A DNA stretch of 64,000 bases, taken from a virus. Taxonomy: Duplodnaviria > Caudoviricetes. Within the stretch, counting starts at the first letter, position 1. Each line of letters starts with the position of its first letter. The DNA lies in the IMG/VR virus record IMGVR_UViG_3300027571_000004, positions 1-64,000 of that record, one strand, 5' to 3'. The notes below the pieces were generated by a model. The model made no database searches, had not been told where the DNA came from, and saw nothing but the letters and a program-made list of their open reading frames with translations. Positions 6,491-16,135 of this stretch are shown in pieces. A program made the position numbers and the translations under genes.

Positions 6491-7489
6491 TTATACCTTA
6501 TAGTGACCTATGATATGTTCACGCTTATCATGCAGGGTAATTCCAGATTTTTCCTGGAACTGATCATATAATTCTTTTGAGCCTATGCCATATACGCCTA
6601 AAGACATATCCCCAGTTAGAATCTTAGCAGCCCTATTATAAGAATGCCCGTTCATGTTATCCCAATCGGGGTTATCATCCCAGTGTAGCCTTCTCTTATC
6701 TGTTCTGTACTCGTCGTTATAGGCATGCCACATATAATGGAAAGATGGGTTGATCAATTTGACTCCCCTGGTATAAAACCTCAAGGCCAAGGTTGGTTCT
6801 TCGCCAATAAAGTACAGTTGATGATCATATGGAATAGCCTTTATAATTTTTGCATCGCAAAACAAGGAGTTAGCACAAAGGAAGTAGGCTTCATATCCGT
6901 ACTTAGAGTACTCAACGTCATACCATATTGGCCATGGCATTGACTCTCCTTCTTTCCAGCCCATAAAACCGACTAGTGGCTTCTTTCCAAAATCATAAAA
7001 GTTTTCTTCTCCAGTTTCGTGGTTTCTTCTAAAACCTCTTGGGTGCATGGTAAAGGCTATATCAGATCCCCAATGTTTTTCACACATAACATAATTTTCA
7101 AGAACAACCTTATCCCAGTTTGGAATAAATCTAGAATGAGAATCTATTTGTAAATAATAATCGTGTTCAATTCTTCTAGATGCAATTTCTCTTGCCCAAC
7201 ATGCTCCCTGGCTTTCTTGCCAAGAAATTTTTTCATATCTTAGTTGTTCTTCTGGAATAAAAGAAAGATCTGGATGTTCTTGTGGGGCAGCCTGGGAAAC
7301 AATAGAAAAAAACAACCTATTTTTAAATGCAGCATTCTCATAGGCATTTCTAACTGTATTCACAAGATCTGGATCTCGATAACTTGCAATAGAAATAAAA
7401 ATTGTTTTTATGTTTTGGTTTGTATTTATCTTTGGAGCATTAACCTTACCAACTAGCGGAGGAATCGAAGGTATACGAATCATTTCCAA
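6491..7489 (-). CDS. GT60-like (GlcNAc transferase family) glycosyltransferase 1
   Basis: IFISIASYRD, SQGACWAR, LQIDSHSRF..NWD, YFIGEEPTLALRFYTRG motifs. Confidence 0.8.
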   Translation of the reverse strand: MEMIRIPSIPPLVGKVNAPKINTNQNIKTIFISIASYRDPDLVNTVRNAYENAAFKNRLFFSIVSQAAPQEHPDLSFIPEEQLRYEKISWQESQGACWAREIASRRIEHDYYLQIDSHSRFIPNWDKVVLENYVMCEKHWGSDIAFTMHPRGFRRNHETGEENFYDFGKKPLVGFMGWKEGESMPWPIWYDVEYSKYGYEAYFLCANSLFCDAKIIKAIPYDHQLYFIGEEPTLALRFYTRGVKLINPSFHYMWHAYNDEYRTDKRRLHWDDNPDWDNMNGHSYNRAAKILTGDMSLGVYGIGSKELYDQFQEKSGITLHDKREHIIGHYKV

Positions 7490-8250
7490 TCAACCTCTTC
7501 ATCATATGTAACAGAATACTCTCCCATATATACTTCAGCATAAGAAATTATATCCTTACTATATCTCATTACCGTGTTAATACCTACCTTGTCGGACACG
7601 TACTTCTTACCGTCTAAAATCGGCTCAAAGGGCACACCAGAGAGTTCAAAGGCATTGTTTAGGGTATCTATGTACCTAGCCTTTCCAAACCTCTTAGAAA
7701 CCAATGCTTGGCTTGTTTGGGTTTTTCTAAATAGATTATCTGCTTCAATAGATTCTGGAGAATTCTCAATAATGTAGTCAATAGAAGGATGGCTCATCCG
7801 AGTAGACCATGCTCGCATATTCCTTGCATACGACTCCATGTTTCTTAGAGTCGAATCTGCATATGCCATGCGTAGATGGTCAGAGTGAGATGTAGGAACC
7901 TCTATCGCGTCGGCGATTAAAAAAGCGGTTGCGTATGGGAACTTGTTAGTGTATATCTTTTCGGCGAAGTGTACATTCGGATTAAACGAGTTTAGTGCCA
8001 TCCCGTCGACTAAAAGCCTCATATGATTTCCGATTGACACATATTCCGAACGATTCATATCGCAATCAACAAACAAACATTCTGACGGATCTATACCATC
8101 GGCGAGACATAAAATATTTTTGTCGTATGTGCCGACGACTTTAGAACCGTTATGTCGATTTAAAAACTCTGCTGAAAGAATTCCATCTGCATCTGGGGAT
8201 ATAATTAGATTTGTCGAATGCTGCAGGGTATTGATTATGGCTGTTTTCAT
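7480..8250 (-). CDS. DHH-superfamily-like phosphoesterase (degenerate)
   Basis: ISPDADGILSA (motif I), FVDCD (motif II), GNH in place of DHH; ATG at 8250 preferred. Confidence 0.5.
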   Translation of the reverse strand: MKTAIINTLQHSTNLIISPDADGILSAEFLNRHNGSKVVGTYDKNILCLADGIDPSECLFVDCDMNRSEYVSIGNHMRLLVDGMALNSFNPNVHFAEKIYTNKFPYATAFLIADAIEVPTSHSDHLRMAYADSTLRNMESYARNMRAWSTRMSHPSIDYIIENSPESIEADNLFRKTQTSQALVSKRFGKARYIDTLNNAFELSGVPFEPILDGKKYVSDKVGINTVMRYSKDIISYAEVYMGEYSVTYDEEVDWK

Positions 8251-8284
8251 TTTATTCAAATACTCCTGTTATAATAATATAGTT

Positions 8285-8551
8285 ATGACAATACAAGACT
8301 GGGCTTCCTTAATCGTAGCGATACTTACAATTGTATCATCAATCGCCTTTTCTATCAAGTGGCTAGTCAAACATTATCTCAGCGAACTTAAGCCTAATTC
8401 TGGATCGAGTCTCAAAGATCAGGTTTCAAGATTAGAAAGTGCTTTAGACGATCAGAGAATTGACTCTATAAAATCTAGAGATCGACAAGAAAAGAAACTT
8501 GATGAAATGTATCAAATTCTAATTAAGCATATTGCTGATAATAGTAAATAA
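8285..8551 (+). CDS. small membrane protein with coiled coil (holin-like/lysis-associated type)
   Basis: N-terminal TM then LKPNSGSSLKDQV; start reset to the ATG after TGtTATAAT at 8270-8275. Confidence 0.7.
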   Translation: MTIQDWASLIVAILTIVSSIAFSIKWLVKHYLSELKPNSGSSLKDQVSRLESALDDQRIDSIKSRDRQEKKLDEMYQILIKHIADNSK

Positions 8552-8760
8552 CCTAATTTGCCTATTTGCTATATATAGTATATAAGATATATAAATATAA
8601 ACCTTTAAAGATAGTTCTTTTTTCTTATATATTTTAAGTATACACTATCCCAGTTTTGACTAAGTATTACAAAGAAGACAAAACGGACATTAACCATTAT
8701 AACAATCTGATAACTTTTAATCTTAGTGTCCAGATTGTACTGATATGATATAATTTAAGT

Positions 8761-8817
8761 TGACTAGTACTCTGGTTTGTCCTTCATACCCACCAGCCTG
8801 AGTACTAGTCTTTTTTT
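8761..8817 (+). ncRNA. candidate ~57-nt small RNA (promoter-hairpin-U tract unit)
   Basis: TGaTATAAT at 8746-8754; 11-bp stem 8762-8772/8800-8810 with an inner stem; T7 run. Confidence 0.4.
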
Positions 8818-8836
8818 ATGGTATAATCTAAGTATT

Positions 8837-9217
8837 ATGAATCTTTGTTCACCTGAGATATTTGGAGCAGATCCAGCCAGAATTAAATGGCAGATTGTTA
8901 GAGGAGATACCTCTCCGCTTCGTGTTGAATTTTTAGAAGATGACGAAGTAACATATTTTGATATATCTGATTGGACATTTGAGGCTACTACTTATGATCC
9001 TCAGTCTGACATTCTTGATTCCCTGGAAGTTTCACGTGGAACAGGATATGTTGATATTCTTGCCCCTGCATCTATTACAGAACTATGGGGGTTTGGTTTT
9101 AAACCAGTTGTAACGGAATTAACTTTTGACCTTCAAGTAACTATTAATGGAGAAACCATTTGGACACCATTGATTGGAACTATCTCTGTCCTTGGAGATA
9201 TTACAGGTAGCCTATAA
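8837..9217 (+). CDS. virion protein, BppU-N-like Ig domain (paralog 1)
   Basis: VRGDT..LRVEF...FDISDW...FDLQV...GTISV; start reset to the ATG after TGGTATAAT. Confidence 0.6.
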   Translation: MNLCSPEIFGADPARIKWQIVRGDTSPLRVEFLEDDEVTYFDISDWTFEATTYDPQSDILDSLEVSRGTGYVDILAPASITELWGFGFKPVVTELTFDLQVTINGETIWTPLIGTISVLGDITGSL

Positions 9218-9303
9218 TGGCAGTTGTAAAAGTATCAACTCCTAGACCTGAGTTGCCAGCAGTAATTAAAATTAAGAACAAAATATTTAAAGTAAAATCA
9301 TAA
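9217..9303 (+). CDS. 28-aa basic peptide
   Basis: MAVVKVSTPRPELPAVIKIKNKIFKVKS; TAATG coupling. Confidence 0.55.
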   Translation: MAVVKVSTPRPELPAVIKIKNKIFKVKS

Positions 9304-9323
9304 TTCCGTGAGATAATCAATCC

Positions 9324-10055
9324 ATGGCTGCTTCTAAATCTATGGACTTTCCCAGTGCAAAAAAGTCTGGCTACGCAGCGCAAGTAGAACAGAATCAAAA
9401 TACATACCAAGAGAATACACTATCATTTCTTCCAGTACCTGGACCACAAGGTCCTCAAGGTCCCGCAGGTAGAGATGGCAAAGATGGAAAAGATGGATCA
9501 GTTGGACCTCAAGGCCCAGAAGGACAAAAGGGACAAAAGGGAGAAAAAGGATCTTCTGGACAAAACGGATTAAGTTCTTTATCTTCTTCAGGTCAACAAG
9601 CAGGTTGGTCTTCATATTTTACAGATTCTGAAATTGAGATTAGGCTAGGAGCAACAAGAGGAACTGACGGATGGGTAAGCCTATACATCTCTGATGGAGA
9701 AAAGAATGAGGAATTTTTGCCAAAGGACTGTGTAAGTCTATGGAATCCACACTCAAGAATGCTAAATTTTAAAGGACTAAAAATAGGATCTCAAGTTTTT
9801 GTAACTTACAACCTAGAGTTGACAACCTTTACTCAAAATACTGAAGTCTGGATGAGAACCTTCTTTCCATCACACGAGCAGGAAATTGCACACCTAGTAG
9901 GGTCTTTTAAATATCAACACACCTACAACATATCTATCACACAGCAGGTATTTATTGAAAACCAAAAAATGTGGGGTAACGGAGCAGTTCCTCAATTAAG
10001 AACAGATTTTGACGCATCCGTAATCCTTAATTCTATCTACGTCAGCGTGGTATAA
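9324..10055 (+). CDS. collagen-repeat (Gly-X-Y) fibre protein
   Basis: GPQGPQGPAGRDGKDGKDG... followed by a globular C-terminal domain. Confidence 0.8.
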   Translation: MAASKSMDFPSAKKSGYAAQVEQNQNTYQENTLSFLPVPGPQGPQGPAGRDGKDGKDGSVGPQGPEGQKGQKGEKGSSGQNGLSSLSSSGQQAGWSSYFTDSEIEIRLGATRGTDGWVSLYISDGEKNEEFLPKDCVSLWNPHSRMLNFKGLKIGSQVFVTYNLELTTFTQNTEVWMRTFFPSHEQEIAHLVGSFKYQHTYNISITQQVFIENQKMWGNGAVPQLRTDFDASVILNSIYVSVV

Positions 10056-10062
10056 TAAAACT

Positions 10063-10494
10063 ATGGCATTTCCAGGAGAATTAAATATTAGTTACTACAA
10101 AGGTGACACCTACGAGTTTAAAATCTACCCTAAAAAGACAGATGGCACAGTTTTTGACCTATCTGCATTTATTCTTTTGTATGACGACGACTCAAACTCA
10201 TCAACACCTCAAGTTGCCTATGACACTTCAAAATTTGTTTTTTCTACATCTAGAGGAGCCTCTGGTGTAGCAAATCAAAGAGCATGCTATTCAAAAATTT
10301 CTGATGACAAAACACATATTGTTTGTGCAATTAGACCAGCAGACGGATTAACAATGACAGCAGGAACACAGTATGTTTACGATGTTCAGGTTTCTACAAA
10401 CACTTCTGCAAATGGCTATCCAGTTGTTCATACTCTTCTAAACGGATTTATAACCGTAACAGATCAAGTCGCAACTGGCTCTGGAACTCCCTGA
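10063..10494 (+). CDS. virion protein, BppU-N-like Ig domain (paralog 2)
   Basis: YKGDTYEFKI...FDLS...YVYDVQV...GFITV; leaderless promoter. Confidence 0.65.
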   Translation: MAFPGELNISYYKGDTYEFKIYPKKTDGTVFDLSAFILLYDDDSNSSTPQVAYDTSKFVFSTSRGASGVANQRACYSKISDDKTHIVCAIRPADGLTMTAGTQYVYDVQVSTNTSANGYPVVHTLLNGFITVTDQVATGSGTP

Positions 10495-10506
10495 TTAAGG
10501 AATAAT

Positions 10507-11085
10507 ATGGCAGACGTACTTTTATCAACAGACGACATGACGGTACTTGGTGGTCCAGCCTCTATTTCTGTTGACCTTGATTTTGGTCCTGCTGGAACAC
10601 GTGGAAGTCTTTGGTATACAAATTCATCAGGCGCCCCAACCTCAACTCTTCCAGTTTCCAATCCAAATGTTTTTGATATTTGTATAAACACAAATCCAGG
10701 GCATGTAGACTATCTATATATTTATCAATACAAAAATGTAAGTGGAACTAATTCTTGGAGCAAGTTGTTTAAACTAATTCCAAATACTTATAGCGTAAAT
10801 AGGTCTGTAACTTTTGCAGCAGGAGAACAAAGAGTCAATATTCCCGTTGCAAGCCTAGTCCCATCTTCTATGATTGGAACAGCAACTTCGGCAAACTTTA
10901 ACATTCAGTACTCAATAACTGGAAATGACGAACCTCTCGCCTCTTCAGTCTCTGTTCTTCCATTGGAGAGCGTAGATACTGTATTATCTCTGCCTTTACT
11001 TTTTAAAGCGGTTGAATATAACGGAACAGGTTGGGTAGATTTGGCTAAATCAGTAACAGTCCATCTATTCATTACCGTGGTATAA
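10507..11085 (+). CDS. putative virion structural protein
   Basis: GPAGTRGSLW...GAP motif typical of fibre junctions; AAGGA RBS. Confidence 0.6.
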   Translation: MADVLLSTDDMTVLGGPASISVDLDFGPAGTRGSLWYTNSSGAPTSTLPVSNPNVFDICINTNPGHVDYLYIYQYKNVSGTNSWSKLFKLIPNTYSVNRSVTFAAGEQRVNIPVASLVPSSMIGTATSANFNIQYSITGNDEPLASSVSVLPLESVDTVLSLPLLFKAVEYNGTGWVDLAKSVTVHLFITVV

Positions 11086-11104
11086 TCTAAAGTGGTGATA
11101 ACTT

Positions 11105-11557
11105 ATGACTGAGAACATTGACGGTACCCCAAACGGAACTGGTTTATTCAATACCAAGATTCCAGCACTTTCAGACGCAGCAGATATACAAGCAGCGCTA
11201 AAGTTATATCACTATGGCTCGTATACTTATGACGGTGCCAATACTAACACTTCTTCTTTGACAACTCCATCTATTGCAAGCCACTTACAGTCATTATCAA
11301 ATAGAGTTACTGCACAAGAAAACCTTGGAGTTGGTTCTGAATATAGCGCAACTTTACCTACAACACCAGTAGAGGGATATATTTGGATGGATTCAAACTC
11401 AACAGCAACAGTTACTCAAATTGTTTCTACTGCAAGTTATCAAACAACCGCTCCAACAAATGGTCTTACTCAAGGAATGCTTTGGGTAGACTCAGACTCA
11501 TCACCACTAAAAATGTATGTATACTCAGGTACTGCCTGGTTAGAGATAGGTGCATAA
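11105..11557 (+). CDS. fibre protein with P..P..G.IW.DS repeats
   Basis: Two repeats, PTTPVEGYIWMDS and PTNGLTQGMLWVDS. Confidence 0.65.
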   Translation: MTENIDGTPNGTGLFNTKIPALSDAADIQAALKLYHYGSYTYDGANTNTSSLTTPSIASHLQSLSNRVTAQENLGVGSEYSATLPTTPVEGYIWMDSNSTATVTQIVSTASYQTTAPTNGLTQGMLWVDSDSSPLKMYVYSGTAWLEIGA

Positions 11558-11673
11558 TGAGTGACGAAAGAGATCAGATGTTAAAAGAAATTGCAATTGC
11601 CAAATTTGTTGAACTAGGATTTACAGAGGCAGAACTAAGAGCATTGGGGTTGAGATCAGATGGCAACAACTAG
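11557..11673 (+). CDS. 38-aa fibre-associated peptide
   Basis: MSDERDQMLKEIAIAKFVELGFTEAELRALGL; TAATG coupling. Confidence 0.6.
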   Translation: MSDERDQMLKEIAIAKFVELGFTEAELRALGLRSDGNN

Positions 11674-12289
11674 TAGCGTTGGTAAAACAGCATACATTTA
11701 TGATCAAGGTACTGATACTTGGTATCCAGTTTCTGGAACTACAAATGCAGCAGCAAATTTTGACTGGTCAGGAGCACACTCATTTGGTTCTACAGTATCT
11801 TTAAATGATGTTGTTGTATCAAAAGCAGGAGTAAATAATTTTGCAACATCAACAGTTAGAGATGCTGTAATCACCGCACCCCCTGAAGGCCTTGTTGTTT
11901 TTGTACGACAAGATGCATCAGGAAATCAAATTAATCAAATTCAATATTATCATGCTGGTAAGTGGAGAAACTATAATGACTCTTGCTGGCTTGAAACCAA
12001 AACTGCAGACTATCAAATAGTTCTTTTAGATGCTGGAAAAACAATTAGAGTTGAGTCATCGTCTAACGTAACAATTACTATTCCATCTTATGCAACAATC
12101 CCATTTGTCGTTGGACAAAAAATTGAGATTGTTAGAAAAGGTAGTGGAGAAGTATCTATCGCACCTGCAGCAGGAGTGACTCTTTATAGCAAGAATTCAA
12201 ATAGAAAAATTGCAGCACAATGGTCTGGCGCTGTTTTAGTAAAAGATGATACAAATGCATGGATTCTTATTGGCGATTTGAAAGCGTAG
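11660..12289 (+). CDS. fibre/adapter protein with a C-terminal W.L.GDL.A domain
   Basis: C-terminal ~90 aa clearly homologous to the C-terminus of 21302-23464. Confidence 0.7.
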   Translation: MATTSSVGKTAYIYDQGTDTWYPVSGTTNAAANFDWSGAHSFGSTVSLNDVVVSKAGVNNFATSTVRDAVITAPPEGLVVFVRQDASGNQINQIQYYHAGKWRNYNDSCWLETKTADYQIVLLDAGKTIRVESSSNVTITIPSYATIPFVVGQKIEIVRKGSGEVSIAPAAGVTLYSKNSNRKIAAQWSGAVLVKDDTNAWILIGDLKA

Positions 12290-12295
12290 GATCAG

Positions 12296-14332
12296 ATGCT
12301 TGGATTCCTTGGCTTATGGTCTTCATCAAAAGGTATGGTCTTAGTACCAAATCTTTCTGGACTTACACAGGCACAAGCAATTTCAGCAATACAATCAGCA
12401 GGACTGACTGTTGCCTCAATTATTTCTACAACCTCAACATCAGACTCTAATCTATCAAATAAGGTTGCACTACAAACTCCTGCATCTGGAACTCTAGTTG
12501 ATTATGAAACCACTGTTGATCTTTCTATTTATAACTATGTAGCAGTAACAACAACTACCACAACAACTTCTGGCGGTGGCAGTGGACCTGTAACAACATC
12601 AGCCCCAGTTGCAACTATAAGTAATTTAACATATACAAAAACTGGTACTACTACTGGAACTCTTTCTTGGTCTGGAAGCAATATAAATAATTATCTGTTT
12701 ACTGGAAACTCATCTTTATATCCATCACCATACAACTATGGAGCATACACTGCAACATGGCCAGGAAACCTTGTTAACTTGACTGAAGGGCAGTCTTATA
12801 CAGTCACTATAACTGTGATAAATAGTGCTGGTGCTGGAAACTCACAAACCATTACTTTTGCTCACCCAGTTGTTACTACAACTACTACTACAGTTGCTCC
12901 TACAACTACAACTACAACAACTACAACAACTGTTGCACCACTTCCAACACTACCAACACCAGTAATTCAAACATATGCTGGCTGGCAAGTTTATCCAGGA
13001 TCAGTATATGCAACATTTAACATAACTAACTTTGATTCAACATATACAACAACTTATACTTCTACTCTTGGAACTCAGAATCCCGAATTCCCCGAAGAAT
13101 TTATTGTTGAAAATTTAACACCAAATCAATCCTATACGGTTTATATAACTGCATCTAAGGATGGGTATACAAGTTCTACTGGTTCATCAACATTTACTGC
13201 AAATCCTGCAAATAATCCTACTACTACCACTACAACGGTTGCCCCTACAACAACTACAACTACCACTACAACGGTTGCCCCTACAACAACTACTACAACA
13301 ACTGCAGCACCAGCAACTGGTACAGCGTATCTATCATATTGCTTCCTCGGAACCCCTGTAGAAGAATCATATCCTGTTAATTCCGATAACACGCTTGTAC
13401 AAGATATTAACCAAGCAATTGCTGCCTACACTTCATTTCTTCAAGGTTTAAATCCTCCAGCAACAAGTATTTCGGTTTCAATAGTTTCTCAGCCTGCAGC
13501 ACCAACAAGTTGTCCACCTGTAAATACAACTACAACTACAACTACTGTAGCACCTACAACTACAACTACAACCACTGTAGCACCAGGTGCATTTACTATT
13601 AGCGGTATATCTTCAACTACAAATTCTGTAACTTATTCTTGGTCAAACCCTCCAGCAGGAACTGCATTCTATACTGTTCAATACTCTGATAATGATGCAG
13701 TCTATCCATCAGAAACAACAGGGTCAACATCTAAGACATTTACTGGTCTTGCTCCAAACACTTTACATACAGTTTTTGTTACCGCAAAAAATTCTAACAA
13801 CGGCTATTTAGCAGATGCCAGTGCTTCTATTTCTACAAGTGGTGCTGCAACAACTACCACAACCACAGTTGCTCCAACTACTACTACAACCACAGTTGCT
13901 CCAACTACTACTACAACCACAGTTGCTCCAACGACTACCACAACTACAGCATCCCCTGCAACCACGACAACGACAACAGCATCCCCTGCAACCACGACAA
14001 CAACAGGCCTTGACTGCTCTGGAAATACTTGCGATCCAGCACGAAGTTACACTGGCACAAGATCTGTTTCAACATCTGTATGTGCTTCTGGAACAATGAA
14101 CACTTATACTTGTTGGACTCCAGGAACATGCGATAATGTTACTACTGACACAGGTTGTGTTGCTACTGGTTCAACTACGACTACAACAACTGCAGCACAA
14201 GAGGTATCCAGACTTTGTACATCATTTAACGTTGCGAACCAAGACTGTGTATCTCAAGGATGCAGCAGCGGAGGTTGCGGTAGCGGTTCAATATGTACAT
14301 CAGGAGTTGAATATAGATGTGCTTACCTATAA
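12296..14332 (+). CDS. mucin-like virion protein: PASTA + three FN3-like domains + poly-Thr linkers + two 6-Cys C-terminal domains
   Basis: VPNLSGLTQAQAISAIQSAGL..QTPASGT (PASTA); NLTPNQSYTVYI and GLAPNTLHTVFV (FN3); repeated TTTTTTVAP. Confidence 0.8.
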   Translation: MLGFLGLWSSSKGMVLVPNLSGLTQAQAISAIQSAGLTVASIISTTSTSDSNLSNKVALQTPASGTLVDYETTVDLSIYNYVAVTTTTTTTSGGGSGPVTTSAPVATISNLTYTKTGTTTGTLSWSGSNINNYLFTGNSSLYPSPYNYGAYTATWPGNLVNLTEGQSYTVTITVINSAGAGNSQTITFAHPVVTTTTTTVAPTTTTTTTTTTVAPLPTLPTPVIQTYAGWQVYPGSVYATFNITNFDSTYTTTYTSTLGTQNPEFPEEFIVENLTPNQSYTVYITASKDGYTSSTGSSTFTANPANNPTTTTTTVAPTTTTTTTTTVAPTTTTTTTAAPATGTAYLSYCFLGTPVEESYPVNSDNTLVQDINQAIAAYTSFLQGLNPPATSISVSIVSQPAAPTSCPPVNTTTTTTTVAPTTTTTTTVAPGAFTISGISSTTNSVTYSWSNPPAGTAFYTVQYSDNDAVYPSETTGSTSKTFTGLAPNTLHTVFVTAKNSNNGYLADASASISTSGAATTTTTTVAPTTTTTTVAPTTTTTTVAPTTTTTTASPATTTTTTASPATTTTTGLDCSGNTCDPARSYTGTRSVSTSVCASGTMNTYTCWTPGTCDNVTTDTGCVATGSTTTTTTAAQEVSRLCTSFNVANQDCVSQGCSSGGCGSGSICTSGVEYRCAYL

Positions 14333-14344
14333 AGGAGAAAATAA

Positions 14345-14725
14345 ATGATTAATGATATAGATATAGAGTTTCAGTCTGATCAAGGTAAGGGGCAGGCATT
14401 AGTGTGGGTGATTGATGGAGAATGTTTGTATGATCTTCCATTAAATAAAAACTATGCAAGCATGTTCTTAGCAACAACTGATATACTTGATGTATCAAAT
14501 GAGTATCCAGATAATGAAGGAATCACTGTGAGATTAATTAATAATGGAGTTACTTTAGAAGATTTTAATACCTCTGAATATTTTGGAAGTATTCTTTTAA
14601 GCAGCCCACAGATATTGGATCTAGCAGACTACCCATATGGCAGGTATGTACAATCTCCAAACGCACAGTTTGATGGTGAGAAGTTTATAATTTTAAATCA
14701 AGACGTTACTGATTTTCTACCGTAG
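14345..14725 (+). CDS. VIDG-family protein (putative fibre chaperone)
   Basis: VWVIDGE...ILLSSPQI...FDGEKF; similar to 25227-25694 and 16135-16344. Confidence 0.6.
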   Translation: MINDIDIEFQSDQGKGQALVWVIDGECLYDLPLNKNYASMFLATTDILDVSNEYPDNEGITVRLINNGVTLEDFNTSEYFGSILLSSPQILDLADYPYGRYVQSPNAQFDGEKFIILNQDVTDFLP

Positions 14726-14738
14726 AATAGGATAAACA

Positions 14739-14966
14739 ATGACAAGTCGTTGGGAAGAATACAAAGCAAAAAATGGAGTAACTCCATTAGATTTGCTTAA
14801 CCCAAAAACAAAAAAAGCAGAAAAGACTTTGGGGGAGGAAAGGTTTGAGATATGCAAAGCCTGCCCAGAATTGATACAGGTAACCTCTCAATGTAAAAAG
14901 TGTGGCTGCTTCATGAAAATCAAAACAGGTCTAGAGGCAGCAACATGTCCAATCGGAAAGTGGTAG
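14739..14966 (+). CDS. small 6-Cys protein (DUF6171-like) paralog 1
   Basis: R.EICKACP...QCKKCGCFM..K.....CPIGKW. Confidence 0.7.
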   Translation: MTSRWEEYKAKNGVTPLDLLNPKTKKAEKTLGEERFEICKACPELIQVTSQCKKCGCFMKIKTGLEAATCPIGKW

Positions 14967-15862
14967 ATAGCATATTTGTTTCTATAGCATCATTCCGTGA
15001 TGCTGAATTAACAAACACCCTGTATAGTCTATTATCTCAAGCAAAAGACTTAGGCAAGATTCACGTTTGTATTTTTTCTCAGGATGAAGATGACAAACAT
15101 CCAAAACTAGAAAATCTGTTTGACCTATTTGGAGTATCAGACTACACATATAAAAAGATCAACTATGTAGATTCTTCTGGAGTAGGATACGCAAGAAATT
15201 ACATTCAAGATTTTATTAAGCCTGAGCATGACTTCTTCTTGCAAATTGATAGCCACTCAAGATTTGCTGAACACTGGGACGAGATGCTTGTTGATGATTA
15301 TAAAAAATGTTATAGTAATTGGACAAGTGAGATCATCCTGACCTCTTACCCACAAGGTTATGTTTATGATGAATATGGAAACACTTATTCTGATAAATTT
15401 GAAAGACCTACTGCAGTAAAGGGGGTAATTTCAGAAAGTGAGACACTAAGATATAACTGTAAATATACAGAGTATATTGGAGAAGATTTTGGAATGCTTA
15501 CTGGATACTTTTGTGCAGGCATGGTTTTTGGAAAAACAGAGTCTTTTTTAAATACTAGATATGATCCATGTATATATTTTAATGGAGAGGAGCAAACCCT
15601 TTCTATTAGGTTTTATGAAAAAGGGGTTAAGTTAATTGCCCCGCCAAGGAATTATATTTTTCATGATTACAGCGGTAAAAAAAGAAAAAGGCAGTGGGAT
15701 GGAGATCAAGAGGCTCACATCAAAAATGACCAGGCATCTGCTCAGAGACTGAATGATTTTTATACTGGTAATTTGGCTGACGAACGATACTCTTTAATAG
15801 ACATCTCTTCACTACAGTCCTGGATAGACTGCTTTGTAGATCAAGATCACCTAGATTCTTGA
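14945..15862 (+). CDS. GT60-like glycosyltransferase 2
   Basis: IFVSIASFRD, GVGYAR, LQIDSHSRFAEHWD, YFNGEEQTLSIRFY; start is ATG 14945 or GTG 14960. Confidence 0.8.
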   Translation: MSNRKVVDSIFVSIASFRDAELTNTLYSLLSQAKDLGKIHVCIFSQDEDDKHPKLENLFDLFGVSDYTYKKINYVDSSGVGYARNYIQDFIKPEHDFFLQIDSHSRFAEHWDEMLVDDYKKCYSNWTSEIILTSYPQGYVYDEYGNTYSDKFERPTAVKGVISESETLRYNCKYTEYIGEDFGMLTGYFCAGMVFGKTESFLNTRYDPCIYFNGEEQTLSIRFYEKGVKLIAPPRNYIFHDYSGKKRKRQWDGDQEAHIKNDQASAQRLNDFYTGNLADERYSLIDISSLQSWIDCFVDQDHLDS

Positions 15863-15892
15863 TATGATATAATTAATAAAAAGGGAGTTTTT

Positions 15893-16135
15893 ATGTCAGA
15901 AGACAAACCAGTAAGACCTTGGGATATGTTTAATAAAAATATTGGTAGGGTCAAGCCAGAGGTTGCAGAAGCAAGACTTGCTGCCTGTCTAGGATGTAAG
16001 CATTTGATTAAGATGACCAAGCAGTGCAAAAAGTGTGGTTGTTTTATGGAAGCAAAAACAAAACTCCCACATGCAGAATGCCCTATAGGAAAATGGGGCA
16101 AAGAGAAAGAACTATATACAGAGGAGATCGAGTAA
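15893..16135 (+). CDS. small 6-Cys protein (DUF6171-like) paralog 2
   Basis: RLAACLGC...QCKKCGCFMEAK...CPIGKW; own TGaTATAAT promoter and GGGAG RBS. Confidence 0.7.
   Translation: MSEDKPVRPWDMFNKNIGRVKPEVAEARLAACLGCKHLIKMTKQCKKCGCFMEAKTKLPHAECPIGKWGKEKELYTEEIE

Noticed and set aside
8552-8745. AT-rich gap as replication origin
   Set aside because: Only AT-richness and weak repeats; no iterons, so not supportable from sequence alone
13141-14129. Poly-Val antisense and poly-Gln/Leu alternate-frame ORFs
   Set aside because: Shadows of the ACN-rich Thr repeats of 12296-14332
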